Part shown: positions 39,401 through 46,088 of the stretch, in pieces
Layout of the letters: the number at the start of each line of letters is the position of its first letter
Position numbering within the stretch: position 1 is the first letter of the stretch
Assembly (NCBI GenBank): GCA_044225175.1
Contig: JBGAJA010000001.1
Location: 134,994 to 198,993, forward strand
Direction: 5' to 3'
Source: Candidatus Omnitrophota bacterium
Lineage (GTDB): Bacteria; Omnitrophota; Gorgyraeia; Zapsychrales; Fredricksoniimonadaceae
Length of the DNA: 64,000 nucleotides
Notes under the pieces: generated by a model
Databases searched by the model: none
Seen by the model: the letters and a program-made list of their open reading frames with translations, nothing else
What the model was told of the DNA's origin: nothing
Translations under genes and position numbers: made by a program

Positions 39401-40554
39401 ATATAGATACTTCAGAATTTCTGTTGGCATTAAATGTCGTCAAGGATGTCGTAAAAACTCTACAAGATTTAAGGGGAGTTGCAAAGATTGTTGTCGAATT
39501 GGAAAACTCTTTACCTTATTATACAAATTCTGCCTATATCCTTTTAACAGCATTAAAGCATATAATTAAAACAAAAGATGATTTAGTTGCGGTGCATAAA
39601 GCTCTCTTAAGAATTAAGAAAAAACATGAAGAAGAATTTGAGAATTTATGTCGGTATGGGTTTCCGAGTATAGGTAGTTCAATTCAAAAAGTTGAGGATT
39701 TAGAGACAGCTGCCGACCAACTTGTTTTACTTTTAGATTCGGCAAAAATGGGAAGTAAAGAGACTGTAGAACATTTAGTGAGTATTATGGAATCTAGTCA
39801 GAAAATAGAGGGAGATCAACAGCACGGTTCAGCATTCATTGTTGCAGGGTTATGGCAAATTTTTTTAGCAGATGCAAAATTTTTTCAAGAAAAATCTACG
39901 GATGAAAGAACTATCTGGGTTAGAGAAGTATTAAGAAAGTTTGGAAAATATACCGTTAAGCAATTGATGGAAGCTAAAATAGAAAAATCCTCTTCCGGTG
40001 ATAAACTTTACGTAAATGAGTATCTAAGTATGATGATGATAGATGAAATTAAGCCTTTATTTGATAGATTGACTGCTGTTCCTCTTGAGGAAGCTCAGTT
40101 AATGTTAAATGAAGCTTTACCTGATGATGAGCAATACGGTAAGTTTTTGTTGGCAATGGTTCCTTATGTTTTATTCTTCAAAGATAGAAAAATGAGAGAT
40201 ATTTTGATTTCTAAAAGGACCAGAAAAGTTATTGCTAGTTTGGGAGAAAAAGAGGCGGAGGTCAGTTATCTACCAAAGCTTTTGGTAGGGGGAGAAATGC
40301 CCGAGATAGATCTGGCGATGCTCAATATACCGATTCAAGTTAAAAGTACATCCGATAAAAATTTTACCAAAGGTGGTATTGACTTAACCCCCGTCAATAT
40401 GAATTTACAAACCAAAAATAGCGGGAACGAATTCAAATTTCATATTGACCCTGCTATGCTGAAACAACTCCAAAATGCCCCAGGTTTTTATCCTGTCATT
40501 ATTAATATTCAGCCAATGACGGATTTACAAATGTTCCTTGGCTTAAAAAATTAG
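36484..40554 (+). CDS. Large secreted modular protein (Omnitrophota-type conserved N- and C-termini; central HExxH and helical repeats)
   Basis: Signal peptide ending AQA; DLWVNLSPYE, MGRDLLAQDYMLKQ, RKYFSGG; HEIVH; C-terminal GGIDL..PGFYPVIINIQP. Confidence 0.75.
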   Translation: MRYPISSKYWQKAISLFVIVTFILTGFNIPLAQAQEFHLPKPGVMVHLSPEFNPPILKGIKVHADNPFRFEFILDKGDSNKNNDQLKEESSKLIKYFLASLTIPEKDLWVNLSPYEKDRIIPNSFGLTEMGRDLLAQDYMLKQITASLIYPEDEIGKKFWKRIYEESSKKYGTTNIPVNTFNKVWIVPEKAVVYENAKAGTAYVVESRLKVMLEQDYLSLQKHEGETQSQVKETNQLGSQVIREIVIPELTKEVNENKNFTQLRQVYNSLILATWYKKKIKDSILSQVYADKNKVMGVNIDNHKEKEKIYQQYLQAFKKGVYSYIKEEQDHLTGQPIPRKYFSGGATFFGLADKAMVIMPVGGNVVIDNAPNSMLTVSTALNVIGAAEESRPFKTQIPQNPEMDGMFERGRSLIQESLNQELVYLRLFRGNKVLAMNDIEIPSALKGMIGETGKVVQIYDSDLLASMRREAPDVMEEETAKSFLVTFNQNGDVFKIYLIAPHNMAYALDELETENQLAKQIKVMVVKILSTQAQANKIQTSLDQVKNQDLHTRYGNILIPFGVELNLVQSILKHPIARNLLSGLQGRVSLLSAGQVIYVSGSQVGYDDYEESLFQESQIDEELIAHLTQMVVMDQKEKPFDYRSPKEKRNHWLRGLADSNKLITGALQGQRINGVFYNPKLYDQGEQGVLGTIVHEIVHLYLKEALAQVRPILLRIKARHGDFIESLSNPNGLFFNLQLSDEDQKDLREVGILPRVVGDEAMVAASEFYSRTLQPTIGTTWSELDESIQKMIGRHVDDPDLIEMVKASNNEAKNSLAWIVRVVTQEVLFKAIYESMAGDFDREQFEKQLFKIGKLHGEHAATFFAILNVISPSKRPKIEDISKIMIEESNHNLATGRHYYVALKTLTFLVTKDNFKEVWEQIGELLDSVFEEGTDYFLNVTLPSFKGLIKTLADLKKFYTIFRKAIDEDELEDIDTSEFLLALNVVKDVVKTLQDLRGVAKIVVELENSLPYYTNSAYILLTALKHIIKTKDDLVAVHKALLRIKKKHEEEFENLCRYGFPSIGSSIQKVEDLETAADQLVLLLDSAKMGSKETVEHLVSIMESSQKIEGDQQHGSAFIVAGLWQIFLADAKFFQEKSTDERTIWVREVLRKFGKYTVKQLMEAKIEKSSSGDKLYVNEYLSMMMIDEIKPLFDRLTAVPLEEAQLMLNEALPDDEQYGKFLLAMVPYVLFFKDRKMRDILISKRTRKVIASLGEKEAEVSYLPKLLVGGEMPEIDLAMLNIPIQVKSTSDKNFTKGGIDLTPVNMNLQTKNSGNEFKFHIDPAMLKQLQNAPGFYPVIINIQPMTDLQMFLGLKN

Positions 40555-40603
40555 GAAAATGCTCTAGTAAGAATTTAAATTAAGCTTTTTGCTTTAAATC
40601 CTT

Positions 40604-42007
40604 TGTAATACCAAAATAGAATTGTCCGGATTGACCAAAATAAGAATGTCCGCTTTTAGAATGTTCATAATGCAATCAAGGAGGCATTATGGACAACGGG
40701 AAGGACATTTTTATGATGAGTCGCAAGGAGATCAAAAGATATCGTGATTCGAAAAGTCATTGATAAGCAGATCAAGCAAAAGGAAGCGGCAGAATATTTA
40801 AAATTGGATAGCAGGCAAGTGCGGCGAATCATAAGACGCATTGAGCGTGAAGGAGAAGCTGGGGTCATTCATAAGCTTAGAGGTAAAGAAGGCAACCGTA
40901 AGATAGGATTAAGCTTTAGGAAGAAGGTTTTAGATTTATACAGGAAGAGTTATTGGGATTTTGGACCTGTGTTAGCGTCGGAGAAGTTGTTGGAGCGGGA
41001 TGGAATTACGGTCTGTGATGAGACGTTGCGATTATGGTTGATTAAAGAAGGTCTTTGGCAATTAAGCAAGAGAGCAAAGCCTAAAGATAGGACAAGGCGA
41101 GAACGCCGTGAACATTTTGGGCAGATGGTGCAGATGGATGGCAGTCATCATGATTGGTTGGAAGGCCGAGGGCCTAAATTGGTATTAATGGGATATATTG
41201 ATGATGCTAATAGTCGATTTCATGGTGAATTTCATGATTATGAAGGTACGATGCCTGCGATGGCAGGATTGAAGGGCTATATTCAGCGTTATGGGCTGCC
41301 GGCAAGCATTTATTTAGATAAACACTCGACGTACAAAAACAATCGTAAGAATACTTTTATAGATTGGCCATTTAGAGATGAAGAAGAATTGACTCAGTTT
41401 GGCAGAGCCTGTCACGAGCTTGGTATAGAGCTTATATTTGCCCATAGTCCGCAGGCTAAGGGACGTGTTGAGCGGGTCTTTGAGACTCTACAAGATAGAT
41501 TAGTTAAAGAATTACGTTTAGAACAGATCAATAGCCTTGAAGATGCCAACCGACTACTTAAAACGTATTTACCTGTTTTTAATAAGAAGTTTGAGGTATT
41601 GGCCCGTGGCAGTGGGGATTTTCACAGGTCGGTTCCTAAAAAGACTAACCTCGAGGATATATTATCTGTGCAGACAGGACATGTGTTACGTAATGACCGA
41701 ACATTGGTGCACAATAATCAATGGTATCAGGTGTTAGACAAAACCAGGGCTCAGCGGGTTGTGGTGCATGAATATCTTGATGGACAGATAGGTATCTTGC
41801 ATGGTAAAAACAGGCTTAATTTTAAGCCAATAGATAGACCAGCAGCCAAAGTATATCAACCAGTTAAGCGTAGATTTCCTAAATTTAGAAGCAGAAGACC
41901 AGTGGCCTTGACCAATGGTTTTCGCTTATTTAAGTTGCCAGGCAGTTATACAAAAAGCGGACATTTCTAATTTGGTAGAAAGCGGACATTTCTATTTTGG
42001 CGGGACA
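40604..42007 (+). mobile_element. IS1202-like (ISNCY/IS481-related) insertion sequence
   Basis: TGT..ACA ends; imperfect IRs with two CCAAAATAGAAWTGTCCG-like units at each end; DDE transposase inside. Confidence 0.85.
40689..41970 (+). pseudogene. DDE transposase, frameshifted near codon 18
   Basis: SD + ATG 40689 gives MDNGKDIFMMSRKEIKRY, then shifts into the VIRKVI frame (40744); QMDGSHH, IDDA, YLDKH, KGRVER motifs. Confidence 0.8.
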
Positions 42008-42184
42008 ATCTATGAAATCCTTCTTTACAGTCCATAATAATTCTGGTATAAAATCCTCTCTTTACCGTTCTTTTCAAGTTATAATTTTTGCTTCAGCCAA
42101 AGGCTGATCCGCCTTTGGCGGAGGCTTTACAGTTAAATAAATTTACGCTGGCTTAGCTCAGTTGGTAGAGCAGCTGATTTGTAA
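42008..42184 (+). repeat. 177-bp direct repeat, copy 2
   Basis: Starts at the base after the IS right end; continues into the intact tRNA-Thr. Confidence 0.95.
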
Positions 42185-42219
42185 TCAGCAGGTCGGGGGT
42201 TCGAAGCCTCTAGCCAGCT
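42147..42219 (+). tRNA. tRNA-Thr(TGT)
   Basis: Acceptor GCTGGCT/AGCCAGC, anticodon arm GCTGA-TTTGTAA-TCAGC, GTTCGA T-loop. Confidence 0.95.
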
Positions 42220-42224
42220 TTATT

Positions 42225-42285
42225 TTTGAGATTTGAAATTAGAGATTGGATTATCCAATTTCGAATTTCTAATATCAAATTTCTA
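42225..42285. repeat. Inverted array of degenerate heptamers
   Basis: TTTGAGA TTTGAAA TTAGAGA TTGGAT / ATCCAAT TTCGAAT TTCTAAT ATCAAAT. Confidence 0.7.
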
Positions 42286-42289
42286 TAAT

Positions 42290-42370
42290 GGGCAGTTACC
42301 CAAGTGGTCAACGGGGGCAGATTGTAAATCTGCTGCACACGCTTCGGAGGTTCGAATCCTTCACTGCCCA
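42290..42370 (+). tRNA. tRNA-Tyr(GTA)
   Basis: GGGCAGT/ACTGCCC acceptor, GCAGA-TTGTAAA-TCTGC anticodon arm, extended variable region. Confidence 0.93.
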
Positions 42371-42414
42371 TTCTACTTCGCCCTTAAATTTTCATGTAAG
42401 GGCTTCGTAGAATG
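42369..42414. repeat. REP-like hairpin after tRNA-Tyr
   Basis: CATTCTAC-TTCG-CCCTTA..TAAGGG-CTTC-GTAGAATG; near copy at 42511-42557. Confidence 0.8.
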
Positions 42415-42438
42415 AGTTCTTTATAGTTAGCGAGTTAT

Positions 42439-42512
42439 GCGGGAGTAGTTCAGTGGTAGAACTCTAGCCTTCCAAGCTAGTAGCGAGGGTTCGATTCTCT
42501 CCTCCCGCTCCA
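42439..42512 (+). tRNA. tRNA-Gly(TCC)
   Basis: GCGGGAG/CTCCCGC acceptor, CTAGC-CTTCCAA-GCTAG, encoded CCA. Confidence 0.95.
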
Positions 42513-42600
42513 TTCTACTTTGTCCTTAAATTTTCATGTAAGGGCTTCGTAGGAATGGTTCCTGCGAAGCTCAATTTGTAAACATTGAGCGAAGCAGAAC
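42511..42600. repeat. REP-like hairpin copy plus an inverted CGAAG-type hairpin after tRNA-Gly
   Basis: 42511-42557 matches 42369-42414; 42558-42600 CGAAGCTCAAT..ATTGAGCGAAG. Confidence 0.75.
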
Positions 42601-42655
42601 AAATTATTAATAAATACCTATCACAAGAATCTAATCTCAATATAATATCCCAAAT

Positions 42656-43360
42656 ATGAAAGTTACCCTTTTAATCCCTACCCTTAACGAATCTGTTGGT
42701 ATGCGAACTGTCATGCCTAAGGTCAAAAAAGAGTGGGTGGATCAAATCTTAGTGGTCGATGGTAAATCCAAAGACGGCACTGCTGACATTGCCCGCGAAA
42801 TGGGTTATGACGTGGTTATCCAAGAAACCCCTGGGATTCGAGGGGCTTATATGGATGCGCTTCCTTTTGTCAAGGGAGACGTCATTTTGACATTCAGTCC
42901 TGATGGAAATTCTATCCCTGAACTTATTCCTGTATGCATTGCTAAAATGAAAGAAGGCTATGACATGGTCATAGTCTCCCGATATGCTCAAGGTGCTAAG
43001 AGCTATGATGATGATGCGGTCACAAGCTTTGGTAATTGGCTTTTTACCGGTACTGTGAATAATTTACATGGTGCAAAGTATACAGATGCTATGGTTATCT
43101 ATCGTGCCTACTATAAGAAACTAATTTATGATTTAGATTTGGATAAAGATTCAAGCTATGAATTTGAAGAAAAGCTTTTTAAAACTAAGATTAGTTGGGA
43201 ACCATTGCTTTCTGTCAGAGCTGCAAAACGAAAATTAAAGATTGCCGAAATTCCAGGTGATGAACCTGCCCGAGAAGGAGGAGAGCGTAAATTACAAGTT
43301 CTCAAGTGGGGGGCAGCTTACATGTTTGAATTCTGGCGTGAAATTTTTATCTGGCGATAA
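42656..43360 (+). CDS. Glycosyltransferase family 2 (DPM1-like)
   Basis: IPTLNE, VVDGKSKDGT, SPDG, VSRY. Confidence 0.85.
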   Translation: MKVTLLIPTLNESVGMRTVMPKVKKEWVDQILVVDGKSKDGTADIAREMGYDVVIQETPGIRGAYMDALPFVKGDVILTFSPDGNSIPELIPVCIAKMKEGYDMVIVSRYAQGAKSYDDDAVTSFGNWLFTGTVNNLHGAKYTDAMVIYRAYYKKLIYDLDLDKDSSYEFEEKLFKTKISWEPLLSVRAAKRKLKIAEIPGDEPAREGGERKLQVLKWGAAYMFEFWREIFIWR

Positions 43361-43362
43361 AT

Positions 43363-45087
43363 ATGGTCGAATCTTTCCAGGAACGCTTCAGAAAACTCTT
43401 CCTCAATGATTTTTTTCTCGCTTTACTTTTTCTTATTGGTTACTTGTGTACGAACAGCTATGTGTATGGCTGGGATGATCAGCATTTAGAAATACCCTTA
43501 CTGAAACATCTGATTGATCCTTCGTTATATAAAGGGGACTATTATGTTGAAGGTCTAACCAAGCATTTTTCTTCTTATCTTTTTCCAGTTTTATCAAAAT
43601 TTATTTCTGTTGCTCAAATTCCTACTGCATATTTGATATTATTCTTGATTGCTCGCTATTGCATGTTTTTGTGGGTCTTTAAACTGTGGAATTTTATTTC
43701 CAAAGACAGATTTTCGGCCATTTGTGCGACGGTCATGTTTTTTGTTTTAGGCCGCACCGAAGAATTTCTTTATCGAACTTTTTCCCACCAAGAATTAGCA
43801 GAAGGCATCATGTTTGCAGGAATTTATTTCTTCTTTAAAGAGAGATATATTCTTGCGGCTTTTATTTTCGGTTTTGCAGCGAATATTCATGCCATTTATA
43901 ATTTATTTCCAATGTGTTTTATGATGGTCTTTTTGGTTTTATTTCATCCCGACCGCTGGCGTGTTGCTTTCAAAGCTGGTTTAACGTTCACAATCACTTG
44001 CTTACCTTTCTTAATGTGGCAAATCCCAGGATCGTTGCATGACAAGATTATGAATGTTCCGGTCCCTTTGAGTGAGTGGATGCCTTTGTACCTAAAGTCT
44101 AATCCTCAGAATTTTCTATTTACAGATAAGCCAATTGGAGAGGCTCTCAGTAATCCTTTGTTCATTTTTCAACAATTAGAGCCGTATTTATTTCTCATAG
44201 TGGTTTATATATTTCTTTTGTTTTTATATCCTGCCTTTAGAAGTGATCGAAAAGTCCACACAAGTATATGGACGGCATATGCGTTTATCATTATTTCTTG
44301 TATTTTTACCTATGTCATTCCCAGCCGTTTTGCTATAGATCTTAATCTTTTACGTAATGAGCAGTATGTTCGGTTCTTTTTAATGGGTTACACTACGCTG
44401 TGGGCGGTCAAATCTGTGAAAGAAGGCTCTGTATGGAAGGCCCTATTAGCTGCCGTTATGTTCGTGTTCATTGGTTTTGGAAATGTTTTTTACTTCTGGC
44501 CTAAAATTCAGAAATATCATGTCAGTTTAATATTAATGCTCCTTGTATGGGTCTTAATTTATTTAAAAAAATGGCCACAATGGGACTCTTATTTAAGAAA
44601 ACTACTGATTATTATTCCATTAACAGGTGCTTTTATAGGATTTTGTCAGCTTCACTATGACTATTTACAGGCCAAAAATCATGGTTTAGGATTCTGGCAG
44701 TTTCAAAGAAATTGGGTAGATATGCAGCTTTATGTTAAGGATCATACTCCCAAAGATGCTCTGATCTTGACGCCTATCAATACAGATATGGGGGGGTTTC
44801 GGGTTCGTAGTGAAAGAAAGATAGTTGTTTGTATTCGAGATTGTGGGATTATAGGATTTGACTATAAAGCTTCTGAAGAATGGCAGAGGCGTATGGAAGA
44901 TTTAAAAGACTATATGTGGATGACGCAAAAGCCTGTTGATCAAGCTATTTTTACAGCTATTTTTAAATATAAAGTAGATTATATTGTTTTTATGAATTAT
45001 TATGAACCCAAAAAGGACAACCCTGTCTTAACCAAAATGTATCAAAACGAAGTCCTTTCTTTATATAAGGTGAATATTCCGCGATGA
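43363..45087 (+). CDS. Polytopic membrane protein, possibly GT-C-like glycosyltransferase
   Basis: Many TM segments, early periplasmic DD motif, downstream of GT2. Confidence 0.55.
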   Translation: MVESFQERFRKLFLNDFFLALLFLIGYLCTNSYVYGWDDQHLEIPLLKHLIDPSLYKGDYYVEGLTKHFSSYLFPVLSKFISVAQIPTAYLILFLIARYCMFLWVFKLWNFISKDRFSAICATVMFFVLGRTEEFLYRTFSHQELAEGIMFAGIYFFFKERYILAAFIFGFAANIHAIYNLFPMCFMMVFLVLFHPDRWRVAFKAGLTFTITCLPFLMWQIPGSLHDKIMNVPVPLSEWMPLYLKSNPQNFLFTDKPIGEALSNPLFIFQQLEPYLFLIVVYIFLLFLYPAFRSDRKVHTSIWTAYAFIIISCIFTYVIPSRFAIDLNLLRNEQYVRFFLMGYTTLWAVKSVKEGSVWKALLAAVMFVFIGFGNVFYFWPKIQKYHVSLILMLLVWVLIYLKKWPQWDSYLRKLLIIIPLTGAFIGFCQLHYDYLQAKNHGLGFWQFQRNWVDMQLYVKDHTPKDALILTPINTDMGGFRVRSERKIVVCIRDCGIIGFDYKASEEWQRRMEDLKDYMWMTQKPVDQAIFTAIFKYKVDYIVFMNYYEPKKDNPVLTKMYQNEVLSLYKVNIPR

Positions 45088-46088
45088 AAACAATCAGAAA
45101 AATAACTATTATTGGAGATGGTGGCTGGGGAACAACATTAGCTATTCATTTGGCAAAGAAGAAATATCCTGTTGTTCTTTGGGGAGCATTTCCAGAATAT
45201 GTTGCTACAGTTAAAAAAACCAGGATAAATCAGAAATTCTTACCAGGGTATAAAATTCCTCCTAATGTGAAATTAACCTCCGATCTTAATGAAGCCATTG
45301 CTTTTGGAGATTTAATAGTTCTAGCCAGTCCTTCTGAATATTTAAGCCAAGTTGTCCGTCAAATTAAAAACACTATGTATCGAGGTAAGGTTTTCTTAAG
45401 TGTTGTTAAAGGAATTCACCCTCAATCATTCTTACGGATGTCTCAGATTATCCAAGAAGCATTAGGCAATATTCATTTGGCTGTATTATCAGGACCAACC
45501 ATTGCTTCAGAAGTGGCGGCTGGTGTTGCGACGACAGCGGTTGTTTCTTGCAAGAAGAAAGACTTGGCCCAACAAATTCAAAAAATCTTTCATTCGCCAA
45601 CCTTTCGAATTTATACCAATAATGATGTCATTGGAACAGAAGTGGGAGCTAGTATTAAGAATGTCATTGCTATTGCTTGTGGGATCTGTGACGGCTTGAA
45701 GCTTGGCACCAATGCAAAAGCAGCTTTGTTAACGCGGGGATTAGTGGAAGTTACTCGTTTAGGAGTTGCTTTAGGGGGAAAGAAAGAAACTTTCTATGGC
45801 TTGACCTGTTTAGGAGATTTGGTGACAACATGTATGAGTGCTCAAAGCCGTAATAGAACAGTAGGTGAGGCTTTAGGAAAAGGGCAAGATATAAAGAAGA
45901 TTCTGGGTTCTATGTCTATGGTTGCAGAGGGCGTTATTACTTCTAAAGCAGTTTATTTTTTAAGTCGTAAGAAGAAGATCCCAATGCCAATTACGGAACA
46001 AGTTTATAAAATTATTTTTCAACGTAAAAATGCTTCAAAAGCAATGCAAGAGCTGATGACCCGCCAGTTAAAATCTGAAAATGATTAA
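45084..46088 (+). CDS. gpsA: NAD(P)H-dependent glycerol-3-phosphate dehydrogenase
   Basis: GDGGWGT, LSGP, KNVIAIACG, LGDLVTTC, SRN, VAEG. Confidence 0.93.
   Translation: MKTIRKITIIGDGGWGTTLAIHLAKKKYPVVLWGAFPEYVATVKKTRINQKFLPGYKIPPNVKLTSDLNEAIAFGDLIVLASPSEYLSQVVRQIKNTMYRGKVFLSVVKGIHPQSFLRMSQIIQEALGNIHLAVLSGPTIASEVAAGVATTAVVSCKKKDLAQQIQKIFHSPTFRIYTNNDVIGTEVGASIKNVIAIACGICDGLKLGTNAKAALLTRGLVEVTRLGVALGGKKETFYGLTCLGDLVTTCMSAQSRNRTVGEALGKGQDIKKILGSMSMVAEGVITSKAVYFLSRKKKIPMPITEQVYKIIFQRKNASKAMQELMTRQLKSEND

Larger units (their letters stand above)
36084..42184. mobile_element. 5.9-kb tRNA-Thr-integrated islet without an integrase
   Basis: Bounded by 177-bp direct repeats breaking at the anticodon loop; arm-like repeats at 36380-36398. 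Confidence 0.7.

Noticed and set aside
42026-42053. XerC/D (dif-like) site targeted by the IS1202-like element
   Set aside because: Only CATAA and AAAT match, the XerD arm is poor, it lies 18 bp from the IS end, and it is better explained as the tRNA promoter
42233-42415. 60-aa ORF
   Set aside because: Overlaps tRNA-Tyr and the heptamer array; spurious
42369-42557. Two ~46-bp repeats as a CRISPR array
   Set aside because: Only two copies, the intervening sequence contains tRNA-Gly, and no cas genes are present
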